From positions 62,258,849 through 62,322,848 of the forward strand of contig NC_068993.1 in assembly GCF_001194135.2 (NCBI RefSeq): 64,000 bases of DNA, given 5' to 3'. The notes below the pieces were generated by a model. That model was not told the origin of the DNA and did no database searches. It saw nothing but the letters and a program-made list of their open reading frames with translations. The translations under genes were made by a program, and so were the position numbers. The DNA is from Octopus bimaculoides (Eukaryota). Shown here in pieces: positions 26,521 through 40,674 of the stretch (the stretch's first letter is position 1; each line of letters starts with the position of its first letter).

Positions 26521-28508
26521 GATTAAGTGGCAGACACTGGTTCGTGACCTAGTCTTTCGGCAACCTTGTTGTACAACCAGCATTATTTTTCCTTTGACTG
26601 TTTGTCTACCTCTGTCGCTCGTATTTTCTAACCATGGTATCTATCACAATCGAACATATCTGTCTCCTTCGCTCGAGTTTTATTTTCGTTTATCCGCAAA
26701 TTCTTAGTGTGTCGCTTTATTCCCTCAACTTGAAATTCACCAGACAACCCTAGCAGAATTCCTAACTTTTTCACGTGTGTTTCTCACACCAGATTTACTT
26801 ACTCGCCGCGAGAGAGCAATGGGTTCGTGGTTGTGGTGGAGGTGAGTTGATTATCTTCGCCAAAGGGTCTTTCACCTTAATGACCACGATTTAATTTCTC
26901 ATTCAAACGACATTTTCTCCGCCCAACACAACAAAACAAAATATGAAAATAAAAGAAAAAAGTCTTTTGTATACATCATCACCCAACAGCCGGAAGATAG
27001 CCAAATGGCTATTATAAATAACTAGATTGATAAACACAATAATAAGTGTGTGTGTGTATGTATATATACATGTATATGTGTGTGCTTATGTTTGTATGTA
27101 TATATGTACATATGTATATATTTGTGAATACAGGTATATATATATATACATACATATATACATACATACATTAGCCATACTATATAGTTATATATAATAA
27201 TATATTACATTATATATACATGCATGTATATATATATATATATATATATATAAATCTGTATTCATAAAATTATATATAAATATATACATACGTATATATA
27301 TGTGTGTGTGTGTATGTGTGTGTGTGTGTGTGTATCTATTCAAAAGAGTTTATATATATACACATATATAATATATACATTATCCACACGTGTACACACA
27401 CGTATATAGAGCTCCTGTGTGTATGTGCTGGAACAGTTCCAAGTTATGTTCATACAAGTGCAAGCTGATAAGCTGATATTTTTTGCTTTTGCGTGGGGAA
27501 AGTTTTAATATTTGGATATAAACCAAAATCCCCTAGACATTTGCGCTGGAGTGTGACGGGCATTGAGGCAAATACTAAAAGTTAAACATTAGTTTACAAA
27601 TACTTGGACTGCGCCGCCGCCGCCGCTGCTGTCCTTACCGTTGTTATGCTCTTATTGTTCTGTTGCTCCTAGCAGTTGCTGCTAATATCACCGTTGGTGC
27701 AACTGCTCTTGTTACTGGTTATGCTTATATTGCTGGTGTTTGTTCATGTTTTGCAGTTACATTCGTTTTCGTTTCCATCACGAGACTATTTACAGCACAA
27801 ATATCGCTGTCATTACATTACCAGCCACCCACTTCTTTTGTGTTTGCTTCACCACCCTAGTTGTGTGTTAGCTATTCCTGGCAGCACGTGCTTCACTCCC
27901 GTCTCTCAAAAAAGAACTAAGTGGATGCCTGAAACGATCCTCATCAGCAGCATACCATTCTAACAGAGCCGAGTATCCCGAAACGTGTATGCTTCCTTTT
28001 TATTTATTTATACCTGTGTCACAACATTTCAGATAAAACAGTCTTTTTAGAGAAAATTCTTTCAAAATTCAACTACACGGCAGTTTTCATTATCACTAAC
28101 TTTGCAAGAACAACATACCAATCACGAATCATGTACAATGAACCTCACCGCTTAAATTGCTGCTTGGGCTGGCCAGATTGGAGCAGTCTCGAGTATAAGC
28201 AGCCGAAATTGCAAAGATAATCTGGAACTCGACTGAGGAAAGAAAACTCCGAATGACTCGTCCTTGTTTTTTCTTGTCCCTTTTTGTATCATCTGTCTGG
28301 ATGTTTTGTTGTCCCTTTTTCGTACCATCAAACTGTCTAGATGTTTTGCGTTCTTGTCCCATTTTTTTCCTTTATATATATATCTGAACCCGTGAAAAGG
28401 ACTATCTTTCCCTTCATACACCTCACTCTCAAAATATACACTGTATAGAATTTTGTATCGAGTGTTCATCTGGCTTATGGTCTTCCCATTGTATACTGGT
28501 CATATTAC

Positions 28509-28564
<56 letters not shown>

Positions 28565-28624
28565 TAGGTATTGAAAATGCATTGCAGGATATTATGTTGT
28601 AGTATGATGAGAGTTCCGACTGTC

Positions 28625-29420
28625 ATCTTTTTCTAAATCTGGTGTAATATTTTCGGGTTACCTTATCTTTATCCACAGCACCTTTCAATGATATGCTTTC
28701 ATCAATACCTAAATATTTGCAGCATTCTTTGTGAGGAACATGAGAGATAGTGAGACCGTTGATGCACAGGTTTGATGTATGAGAGACCGATTTTTCACGT
28801 TCAACAGTCAAATGTGAACGTTTCTGTTGGCCGAATTTCATTCTTATATCAGCTGAAAATGTTTGGCATTCTTGATGTTTTCCGCATAAATCTTTGGGTC
28901 ATTCACAAAGAAATTACGAATTACATTGGTGATTCTAGCAGTTACTGATCCTAGCATGTAGCCATTTGATTTTTTGTTGCAAGAATGATAATGAATTTAA
29001 CGCTAAACTGAACAGAATTACAGAAAGACTATCCCCTTGGAATATTCCCTTTGAAATGTTTGTAATGTGATGCGGGATAAGCGGAGAGTCCGTACGAGAG
29101 TCCGCTCTCAGCCATGTGAAAATTGTTGCCCAGGTCTTTGTGAGTCTCTCAATAGCAACAATTAAGGTAGCAGGTAAATTGCGAAATAGAGACACTTCAG
29201 TAGCCACGAGAGAGGAACAGAGTCGAATTCTTTCCTGTAAGCAAAGTCATACCATCGCAAGGCTTCTACGTCTTGCTTTTTACTTCAGACAGTTTTGTTT
29301 ATCAAAAGTTCAGCACAACCCCGCACTCCACCCTACCTTGTTTCCACCTGTCTGCACATCAGCCACTATGTTGTTGGATTCATAATGAACCTGGATGGTC
29401 AAGGAAGGAATGTTTTTAAT
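28625..29420 (-). mobile_element. Degenerate reverse transcriptase of an RLE-type non-LTR retrotransposon (R4/Dong- or NeSL-like)
   Basis: Colinear RT motifs across frameshifts: GGVRGCAELLINKTV, YRKEFDSVPLSWLLKCL, KGIFQGDSLSVILFSLALNSLSFL, FFVNDPKIYA (decayed xVDD), MKFGQQK and CKYLGIDE...KYYTR. Confidence 0.9.
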
Positions 29421-30610
29421 CATAGGTCTGATCAATGAAAGCTTTCTTGAAGCCAGATATCGTTAACAAGAAAATATTCACAAGAATCTATGTAAATTGT
29501 CCTGGCAACGTTGCGAATATGTGAGAATGATAACAGGAAATTCTTTATCACAGAAAATTATGCTACGAAGACCAATGATTGACCTTTAAATACTGGCCTG
29601 ACTGTTAAATTATGACATTTTGCTCTCGGGTATAAACACCCTTGCGTATTTCATGGTCATTGTTCTTAACAAAGCCATTCATTAGATGTATTCATGTCGT
29701 TGCATGCTTACATATTATATACACGTGTGTGTGTGTGCGTGTATAAAGATTTTAATGAGAATATGACAAAAGGAACATCCAGAATAAAAAGAAGACATTC
29801 CTTTCTTTGAAGTCTGAGAATGGTAAAAGAGTAACAAAATAATATCTAAATAATATCAAATAATTAAATAACGAAATAAAAATTATAATGGAAATCAATA
29901 ATTTCATTTAATAATATCATATGCAATTAAATCCACCAAGAGAAAATAGAATTAAAAATAAGATAAAAAACAAACGTAATCCTGAATTAAAGAAAAATGG
30001 AAAAGAAAACAAAACGATACAATGAAAAAGATAAATATAAAAGAAAAAATAAGAAACAAACAAAATAAATTTTTCGTAAGGAAGCAAAAAGAAACTTATA
30101 AATAATTATAAACCTTTAAATATAATTATAATTATATTCTACGAAGAAGAGAAAAAAAATTAAAATTATCAAATAATTAATTTTGCAATTCATTTTCAAT
30201 TAAAATGCTTTTCTCTTGTTTCTTGCGAAAATAATTTGTTAACATTAATTATTTCTCTGAATATGCAATCAGTATCTTTTTTCGCGTGATTCTTATTTCT
30301 CTCTTCTATCCTGTTCTGTTTGTGCTTCATTTGTGACTTAAATACCATTTAATGGCAGGTAAGCAGTGAGCAACGAACAACTATTATGCCAGATAATTAA
30401 CTTCAACTCCACAGTCACGATATTTATAAAGGTGTGCCTTANNNNNNNNNNNNNNNNNNNNNNNNNNNNNNNNNNNNNNNNNNNNNNNNNNNNNNNNNNN
30501 NNNNNNNNNNNNNNNNNNNNNNNNNNNNNNNNNNNNNNNNNNNNNNNNNNNNNNNNNNNNNNNNNNNNNNNNNNNTGTATGTATGTATGTAGGTATATGG
30601 CCCATATACC

Positions 30611-30676
<66 letters not shown>

Positions 30677-31062
30677 GGTATATGGGCCATATCTTGTCTT
30701 TTTAACTTCAGAGACAAAGGAGAGAAATATCCCATCTGCATCTGTACTTTGTTTCTATAATTTCTCATTTCTAGTTCACAAGCTACTTGCTTGTGGTTAA
30801 AGATACCCACAAAACATGTCTGCACACAACGAGAGAAGGCCTAATTCAGATCGACGTTGAAATTCGGTTGTTGTCAAGACATCTGTTTTTAGTCACCTGT
30901 TTTATAGAACGAAACTCAATTTTTCTTAAGGTTTCTCTACAATTAATTTAGTTTATAAAAGTTTTTAAGGCGACTTTATTTGTTTATTTAATGTCTTATT
31001 ATTTTCATCTGTCTAGATATGTTCCGATCTTTTGTATCTTCCTCAGCGTAATTTAAATTTAA

Positions 31063-31205
31063 AGTGCGGGTGTATCTGTACGATAAGGAGCTTGCTTCCC
31101 AACCGGTTCGCTCTGGCTCAATTCTCCTGTGTGGAGAATTGAGCCCCGGACCGACTAGCCTTGTGGGTGGGCATGGTAAATGCGAACTGGAAGAAACCTG
31201 TTCTA
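31063..31205 (+). mobile_element. SINE family A, degraded 5' fragment (other small A remnants at about 7858-7925 and 36770-36860, minus strand)
   Basis: gataaggagcttgcttcccaacc...ccgactagccttgtgggtgg...aactggaagaaacc. Confidence 0.55.
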
Positions 31206-31453
31206 CATATAGAGAGAGATCGCACGAGAATGGAGGGAGAGAAAATTGATATGGAAAGTATGGTATGTGAGTGTGTGTGTGTGTGCACGTCTGTGTGTGT
31301 ATGTGCGTGTGTAGATACAGTTATATGTATGTGTTTCCGTATGTTTATGTTTGTATGTACGTTGAAAAAGAGAGTAAAAGTTGATAGAATTGTATGTATG
31401 TGTGTGTTGTACGTTTGTAGATTCTAGTGTATGCATGTACATATTGTTGTTGT

Positions 31454-31499
<46 letters not shown>

Positions 31500-32119
31500 C
31501 GTATATGTGCATGCGCTATACATTTGCATGTACACACGCACGCACACATATGGTTTAGATAATACAAATAAACCTATTTGTATTACTGAATTATTTATAC
31601 CACCGCGTGCGATAAATGTATTTTTACATCATACTTTTGTTTATTTTCATTTTCACAGCTAATGTATTGAACTATGTCTAGAGGCCAAGTAACAATTAAT
31701 GAGATATATAGATTAAGGAAACAATGAAAAATGAACGATTACTGCCACCAAAGTATATTTAGAATGCAAGAGTCATTAATTGGCTCTTTTCTTCGAAACT
31801 CTATAATGCTGTATATTTCTTCCTTCAATATTTAACACAAGTGAAGCGCTGTATTACATTTACGCAACATCGCCTCACCAGCACGACACTGCATCGCTTG
31901 ATTAGCTACCATTATATGCATCTCAAGCGTAATTGAATCCAAATTCGAAGCTGTGAATCATTGTCATATGCCGCATCAAATACTGGACACATTCGATGAC
32001 CCATGGCCAAGCTACATCTACTTTTTTGTATTTCATGGGGATTTTTCATTCTTTCTTGAACTCCGGTGGTGAGTGGTGGGAGTTGATCCATGAAACGCTA
32101 GCTCTGTTCTCTTTATGTG

Positions 32120-32340
32120 ATGGTACATGGCCTACTGGCTGTAGTGTTCTACTCACGATGGCAAAAACGTGGTTTCGATTCATTGAACAGGCAGTGAGTT
32201 ATGTTCTTGAGCAAAACACTTCATTTCCCTTTGTTCCAGACTATCTGGCTGTAATTGAGCAACCCTGTGATGGACTGGGTCCCCGTTCAGAGGGAGCGCG
32301 ATCTCGGTCACTTATACAGCTTGGAACCCGGGCAACTGAC
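32120..32340 (+). mobile_element. Third tRNA-derived SINE family (D), diverged
   Basis: A-box-like tggcctactgg, B-box-like ggtttcgattc, CORE-like cttgagcaaaacactt, then aaccctgtgatggactgg. Confidence 0.6.
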
Positions 32341-33047
32341 CTTTTAAGACCCAAGACTCGAAGCAGTAATGTCCAGTTCTCTCTACCCCGCAGGAGAATA
32401 AATGAATGAATGAATAAATAAATAAATAAATAAATAAATGGTCAAATAAAGAATTTATTATATTGAAGTTATCTCATTAGCAGACAAAAGGACTAGAAAG
32501 AATTCGAGTTTTCAAACAATCTTTTTTTTTTTATCATGTGATTGTAACACACAAAGAGACGAACTGTTTTCTTCTATCTCAACAGGATTTGCATTCAGAA
32601 CGTAAAATGTTTAATGTATTTTGTTTGGCGCACCAACTGCAATAACAAGTGATGGCAAAGATAGCCATACGACCACCTTCTCTCTTATAGCGTAAGAGGA
32701 AATATTACATCATCGTCTCTGTCATAAAACATTGAATGCGATAGACTGCTCTCAATGATACATTTTAGACAGCTATGACATACACATCATACACGACTAT
32801 ACTGTAAACTATATGTACTTAGTATTTTGATTATATTGCGAGAAACTTCAGTAGATACAATGACTAATATCGTTCGATTTAAAAAATAGCCAACTTCAAT
32901 AAATGTGAAATGACTCAACATATTATTTTTGGTGAATTGCGAAAAAACTTATATGAAGTTTGTTTGCGTCTGACGAAAACAATATCTTTTGATCAGGTTG
33001 TAGAGTGCAAGACTAAACTCCTTATAATGTCTAAAGGTTTCGAAAAG

Positions 33048-33210
33048 GGCGGCAAGCTGCTAGAATCACTATCGTGCTATAAAAAATACTTGCGACATTT
33101 TTTCCTATATTACGTTCTGAGTTCAAATGCCGCCGGGGTCGACTTTGCCTTTCATACTTTGGAGATCGATAAAATTAGTACAAGATGAGCACTGGGGTCG
33201 ATGTAATAAC
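33048..33210 (+). mobile_element. SINE family B, diverged
   Basis: ggcggcaagctgctagaatc...gttctgagttcaaatgccgcc...gtcgactttgcctttcat...actggggtcgatgtaat. Confidence 0.8.
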
Positions 33211-33295
33211 CTTGCACAATTACTCGCTTTCTACCAAGATTTCAAACCAATATCTACAGTTTCAATATATTTTACATGACTTCAAGCATCAACAT

Positions 33296-33897
33296 GGTGA
33301 CGAAAAATGGATCTTCTATCGAAATGTTAAACGTCGTAAACAGTAGCTTGGTAAAAGGGAAAAGGCTCAACCAAAACGGAGAAGGGAACTTCATGGGAAA
33401 AAGGTTCTTCTCTCTATCTGGTGGGATTGCAAAGAAGTAATTCACTTTGAATTGTTACTACCTGATGCAACAATCAATGCTCAAGTCTACTGTCAGCATT
33501 TAGAGAGTTTGAACCAAGCTTTGAAGTAAAAAAGAACCGCCTTAGTGAATCGAAAAGGAATGATGTTTTATCAGGACAATGCGCGACCCCACACTGCAAA
33601 GATCACATCACAGATGATCGAAGAGCTTGGTTGGGAAAAAATTCCTCATCCACCTTATTCTCCCGATCTTGCTCCTTCAGACTACCATTTGTTTCGTAGT
33701 TTACAGAATCATTTGGGGGACATAACTTTTGCAAGCCAGGAGGAGGTCAAAACTGACATTTCAGAGTTCTTCGCTTTGGGATTAAAAAGCTTGTAAATAG
33801 ATGGAAGGAAGTCTGATTAAATTTCAATTAAATATAACATTTGATCACTTGTTTTCTTTATTCAAGATTCAGACAGAGCTTATGGGATGACCTGATA
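33296..33897 (+). mobile_element. Mariner (D,D34D) transposon 3' fragment: transposase pseudogene plus right terminal inverted repeat
   Basis: Translates as GDEKW...LHGKKVLLSIWWD...QDNARPH...[21 protein letters not shown] with two in-frame stops and 34 residues between the 2nd and 3rd Asp. It ends in a TIR-like ...cttatgggatgacctga followed by TA at 33896-33897. The N-terminal half is absent. Confidence 0.92.
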
Positions 33898-33901
33898 CAT
33901 A

Positions 33902-33940
<39 letters not shown>

Positions 33941-33997
33941 GCATGTATATATGTATATAAATGCTATGTATGCTTATATGCTCTATATAATATGAGG

Positions 33998-34048
<51 letters not shown>

Positions 34049-34110
34049 TTATCTGTATGTACGTATACACATACAAACACACACACATATATGCACGCGC
34101 ACAAACACAC

Positions 34111-34162
<52 letters not shown>

Positions 34163-35360
34163 CTATATATATGTACTATATGTATATTTGTATCATATGT
34201 ATCTATGCATTGTATGTATATATATATATATTATATATAAATATATATTATACCTGTCGATATTCTAATATAATAATGTTACTCACACTACTCTCATAGC
34301 AATATCCTCCCCTCGCCCTCATACTCTCTTTCTCTCTATCTCCATCCATTCTATGCCCCTCTTTCAATTTTTCTCCGTTTTTGTTCCTTTGATTGTCGTC
34401 TTTTCGCATTTTATCTGCACTTTCTTTCTATTTCCGGTCTGGCAACATAGAAATCGAATTTATAAATAGACTTACACAAGATTAAAATATAGTTTATTTT
34501 GACCGTGTGACTAGTAACCACAAAAGCAACATTTTTTCATTAAAAACCGAATGAATAAAACGTATATTTTTTCCTCTCTAAAACTGATATTATCTAAATA
34601 GACATTGATTGCCGGGTAAAAAACGAAATAACCCTACATTTGATTACCAAAATCATTTCTCGGAGACACTCTTCAGATTTCAATCATCACCATAAACACG
34701 GAGCAAGTGCAGATTGTTACTGTGACAACTAGCAATAATTTACACGAACGTTACGGCCATGGTGCACGTCAACTCTCAACGCCCAGTGAGCCCACCGGCG
34801 CCAACGATGGGAATTTTCTGCAACCACCTAACCTGCGAGAAGTAGCAGACAGATGACACTCGCATCGTAGTCTACCGTCTTAAGAAGAATAGAGAAGAAT
34901 ATATTTTTAACGCAAGGCGGAGAGCTGGTAGAGGACCAGCTTCATTTTGATGCATGATACATGTTCCTGTGTTGGTAATTATACCTGTGCTAAACAAAAT
35001 GGCATTACTTTTTGACTCACTCTCGTATGTAATATGGTGGCGCTGAGAGATACAATCACTCGAACACTCGTTGGAGGGAATGTATCACAGGCTTGATCGT
35101 TTTTGCGGCAGACGTCGTGTCGCCGCCCAGGTGTACTGGGAACTTACCACCTGATCTATTGCCAACAACACTGAAGCTATTATATCTACTATTTCAGTAA
35201 CACTGTTATAGTTTCTACATCTAGTACAGTTAATTATTAATACTAGTGTTTTCTAATATGGCGAACTATTTATAAACAAAAAATGTCGTTTCACTCAGAA
35301 TTCCCACAAATCAAATAAATCTTTACATTTGTGCAGCGTTTTCTCTTTCTTTCTTTCTGA

Positions 35361-35426
<66 letters not shown>

Positions 35427-36857
35427 AGAATCGTGTGACTCTGGACATTTGTTCCTCCACTTTCTTTTCACAAATCAATTCTCGAGAGAAACTCAATTTA
35501 TTGTGTCGACGAAATGTCTAACTTCAAAATCAAAGTGTCGGCTGCCTTGTCTTCAATCTTGACACTGAACAGAGCCAGTTCCTACGGCTCTTAATACCAA
35601 CCCGGACACCCCACCCCATGAATCGAACCGAAAATGTCGATCATATTTTGTGTTCAATTCACTGTTGAAAGTCGTTAGAGCATTGCAATTCAAGTCTTTA
35701 TGGGTCAAAAGACGAGTGACAGGTAACTACTCGAGTGTATTTTCTTGAAAAGGTAATACATCAGTGAGATTACCAGAAGAATCATAGACCCTTCGGGGAA
35801 AAGAAATACCTTACTTGTACATGTAACAGTCTTAAAGGTAATAAAAGTACTTGAAACTGAGTTATGATGTCAGAGTAGAAGGAATTTATCTATTTTACTG
35901 TTCTCGTCTGGCAACTTTATAGAATTTTCAATTTCACCATTATTTTTTTTTTCTATTTCAGAAAAGGAATTATTTAACATTACAGCTGAGAATGAGAAAA
36001 GAATACCTTAATTTATACTCTAGTTTAAAGAAAGAAAATAGATATTTTAACAAAAATAATTAGATGTTCCCGGACGAAGATTTTCCCATTATAGACAAGT
36101 TGACCTTGAAGTGCTACAAAAGTTCCATTTTAAGTAAGACATTATCTTTAATATAAATGTTGATTTAAAGTAAAATTGGATGCGTTTGGTCAGCTACGAA
36201 GGAAGCAATTTTATAATTGTGAAATAAAGTAAATGTCGACGCTTAAAGATTGCTAAATACATTTGTTGCTTGAGAAGAGAGTGAAACAGTACTTTAATGG
36301 CGTTACAAACAGCGTCAACGATTCGGCTGTTCGAACACCGGTCCATGAATCTCATCTTGAATCAGTATTGGTTTTCAATAACTTGGTCAGAAGAAGAAGG
36401 TCAACAGTAATGACCTTTTCTAGGCGGGAGAAATGTAGGATATTACCCCCAGACAAACGTCACGGGCCAAAAGCTTACAGTAGAGCTGACATTGATAAAG
36501 ACACTAAATGTCCAGATCGCAGTATTACACATGGAGTCAGAATAAGTCTATGACCAAAGAAAAGGGATGGAATATCTAATGATCTTCCATACGCTAGGAC
36601 TCTATTCGACCCAATGCTATGGCTGAAGCCACCCATGTTGCCGCGAAATAGGATCGCACTCAAACCATACAGTTTCGATGCAAACATCTGAGTCACACAG
36701 TTGTGTAATACATATACTGTATACCGTGTCTTCCGGCATACAAGTCAAGCTTTTCACAGCAAAATTTTTAGCGTGATACTTATTCTGGCGGTCTGTTTTG
36801 CCGAATCGCTATGATACGGGGACATAAACACAGCAACAGCAGTTGTCAAACAGCAGT

Positions 36858-36963
<106 letters not shown>

Positions 36964-37552
36964 CACACATACATACATACACACACATACACACACATAC
37001 ACACACAAGCCCTACGAGTCACATAACTATGTAATAATTATTATTTTAATATTATTATCCAGCCAAATACTCAGCTCAATACAATCTCACAATATAAAAT
37101 ATGCTACATAATGTTGTTGTCTCCTCGTCAAGGCGAACCACCATCACGTTATCATTTCTAGCAAAAGGGCCTCTTCATAGTCATTCTACTCGTTAGAAAA
37201 AGCAACGAAATTCTCTCGACTAAAATCCTTCTTAAAAACATAACAAAACATTATCTGGCAAGAAACCGAGATGTGCATGGTTGAAACGCTTTGACCATAG
37301 GCCTGCTTGAAGAGAGCTCACTTGAGTCTAAACAACAACATGATTATAATTGTTATGAAAAGTTCGCAAGAATGGCGGTAGGATGGTTAAAGATCGACCA
37401 AAATACATGCAGTGTTTAACTTAAATTCTGACTTCGAATTCTGAATTTGATTATGGTGATATTTTTATTACTAAGTTCCACGAATAAACTGAAATACTTT
37501 AAACAGAAAAGTTTTCCCACATAGAATTTAAGCCGTATTATACTCTCGAAAC

Positions 37553-37617
<65 letters not shown>

Positions 37618-39796
37618 ACTAAACTGGACTACTGAAAGTATGTCTCCATTGCGTGAAATACTTTCTCCATTACATTGATATACTTCTATACAATTTAATT
37701 ACAACGTCTTCATTCTCCGTAAACAACATTCTTCTCTTCACAGTTGTCTGCCTCTCTGGCATTTGCTGTTGTACATCTTGACCTAACGTGAAATCGAGAA
37801 ATTGAGAGAATGAGTGAGGAAGAGGGAGGAAAGGTGAGAGAGAAGGAGGAGTAAGAGAGAATCGTTTTGCGAACAGTAAAGTTACGTGTTTAATTTCTCC
37901 CTAACATTTTTATTCTCATAACAGAGTCAATACACTTCGCTAATAGCGAAAGTTCACCACCTCCTTAATTGTGCGTAGGTATGCGTCAGTGTGTGTGTGT
38001 ATGTGTCAGTATGTGTAAGTATGTATGTATGTATGTATGTATGTATGTATGTATGTATGTATGTATGTGTCAGTGTGTGTATGTATGTATGTATGTATGC
38101 TTGTATGTATGTATGTACGTATATATACCTATATAAATAATAAATNNNNNNNNNNNNNNNNNNNNNNNNNNNNNNNNNNNNNNNNNNNNNNNNNNNNNNN
38201 NNNNNNNNNNNNNNNNNNNNNNNNNNNNNNNNNNNNNNNNNNNNNNNNNNNNNNNNNNNNNNNNNNNNNNNNNNNNNNNNNNNNNNCTCCCCCCTCTCTC
38301 TCTCTCTACATATATCCCAATCTAAAAAATATATACTTGTCAATTACTATGGTTGAAGTAGTCATTCTTTTGGGATAGGCATGGATCTCGAATCCAACAT
38401 ACAGCCATATAAATAATAACACGAAAATCTCGATAGGAAATTCGAAGGTTGCTGTCGACTTTTTAGCTTCTGACTTTTCCATCCAAAGTATTTCTAGCAC
38501 AATATTTGATATTATTACGATATATGATATCATTTACAGCTTTACTGCTTCGAGATCCATTGTTCCAAAAAGTATCATTTCACTTTCTCTTGAAAGCTTA
38601 TAAAAAAATATTCTTATGACGTCAATTATTCTCGCTGGTAACAATAACGTTTCTAAAATGACCAGAGGTATTCTAAAATAACCAAAGGATTGCACGGGTC
38701 CAAGGCCAAAACGCCTGCCAAGTGGATTCGTGTTCGGCGAGCATATTTAACCATTTTGCTATCCAAAGAGACTTTTTAACGCAATATTTACAGGCTATTA
38801 TTTATAGATTTACTGCTTCGAGATTCACTGTTCGGAATGGCAATTATTAAATATAATTTTTCCTATTAAAAGATGGAGAAAGATATTGTCTGCACATGTA
38901 TTAAAAAATTGGCATTTCTACTAGAAACATCTTAATTATGGAATATTATGTGAGGGAAATAAAAAGTTAATTGGTAAATAGTTAAAGAACTCCGGAAGGG
39001 GCAGAATCGATGGTCCCTAACAGCTAAACGTAACCACATATTTTAAAAAACTATATTATCGTCGTCATCATCATTATCATCATCACCACCTCCAGCAGAA
39101 CCACCACCACCAACGACAACAACATCATCATCGTCATAAATGATTTATATTGTCTTTGAAGACAGTCATTCTATGTGGATGTGCAGATGTGCATTTAGTT
39201 TAATGTCTGCCGCGAGAGAGGAAGGGAGAGAAGAGGATCAGAAAACTGATTCAGGATTTTCTCACAGCTGTTGCTGTGTCTGGAAGTTTGCTTTATCAAA
39301 CTGCATCCACTCTCGTTTGCTGTATCATATATATTCACTTTCCTACAACAGCGACAACAGATTGCAGGTTTCGAGGTATGGTAAAGGAATCAAAAGAAAT
39401 ACGACAGCGTCTACTTTCTTCACTTTTTTCTTCACCTAAACACACACACACACACACGCACACACACGCGCGCACGCACACGACACAGTTATACATACAG
39501 CACCGTGTACAAATATATACAATGAAAAGGCCATACAATAAATTACTCATATAGAGATACATTTCGTATATCATCATTCCGTTGCTGAGCACTGAATAAA
39601 AATATCTTCCATATCAAGCGGTGAATTGGCAGTGTTGTTAGAGCTGAAAGGAAATTCTCTGACATATTTATTTCGACTGTCTGAGTTCAGTTCTTGCCCT
39701 AGTTCACTTTGATTTTTATTTTGGTTTTCAGTATCGATAAAAAGAAGTACGAACTCCGTGGATGCTAGATTGGAAAATAACTAATATCGGACCAGC

Positions 39797-39937
39797 GAAG
39801 GCGCGTGGCTTAGTGGTTAAGGTATGCAGCTCACGATGTCTGTGGAGTGCTCAACCACTTTCACGTTAATTTCACGAAGAGGCTATTCTGTTGATCGGAT
39901 CAACTGGAACCCTCATCGCAGTAATCGACGGAGTACC
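39797..39937 (+). mobile_element. tRNA-derived SINE head fused directly to a 3' tail (internal deletion)
   Basis: gaaggcgcgtggcttagtggttaagg (A-box) lacks the B-box and runs straight into tgtctgtggagtgctc...gatcggatcaactggaaccctc...gacggagt. Confidence 0.6.
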
Positions 39938-40643
39938 AGCTTAATATCGGACTAGGGACCTTGTGATTGTTCCAGCTTTCTACATCCTCTTTCCAGGGTA
40001 CCTGAGTGGCAGACTTATCTAACTTGCAATTGAACACTACAGCCTGAGCCTTGGTACCGTTAGCAGAGTTTTTTTTTTGTTTTGTTACGAGCATTCAAGC
40101 TCGGCTTCGAGTTTGAGAATAACTTCCTCCATTCCCTCCTATATATATATATATATAACAGGGCAAATTTTAGCCATTTCTCCGCAGACTAAAAAAACCA
40201 TTGATGAACACCCTTAATCGATTTTCGAACATTATTGGGTTCTTATAAGAGGCGTCTACATCATTCTGACAGTCTCCAGTGAAAGAAGCAGCTAAGCTGT
40301 TTATATACTCAACAAATGCAACAGTTACTCTATGAAGGATTCGCAAATTTGCATACCGAAAGTCTTTAACACTCTATAAACACAAGCGGCCGGTCAACGG
40401 GGATCTTAGTCTGCACAGTATCATTCGAAGTAGTCGTTGGTTATGAAAGATACCTTTAGCTTCACGTGCATTATGCTGGCTGGAGGCACATTACTCTTAC
40501 AGATGCAGGTAAGTCCGTTTTCTTACCTCGTCTATACATCTATCAGTCTTTCTACAAACACATAGACAATACATGATATGTATATGTAAAGAGGTGAATG
40601 TTGGACTAATCCATGAATGTCTTGAGGCCTACACACACACACG

Positions 40644-40674
<31 letters not shown>

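Noticed and set aside
26793-26841. 49-bp plus-strand exon candidate ending GAG|gtgagt, with an overlapping minus-strand gtaagt donor
   Set aside because: No supporting ORF homology or neighbouring exons; cannot be resolved without RNA data.
27930-27990. CTGATGA on minus and CGAAACG on plus close together
   Set aside because: The two hammerhead boxes are on opposite strands, so they cannot form one ribozyme.
30576-30690. Double inverted repeat of tatgtaggtatatgg around (TACA)n
   Set aside because: It abuts an N-gap and is built on microsatellite, so it is most likely a fold-back assembly artefact.
36263-36700. 96-aa and 73-aa ORFs, possible RTE C-terminus
   Set aside because: Only faint resemblance, with no diagnostic motif that I can support.
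40460-40508. Plus-strand exon candidate LHVHYAGWRHITLTDA ending CAG|gtaagt (VHYxGW is reminiscent of Tudor/chromo-barrel domains)
   Set aside because: A 6-residue resemblance only; the downstream WDEW-type motif and partner exons are absent.
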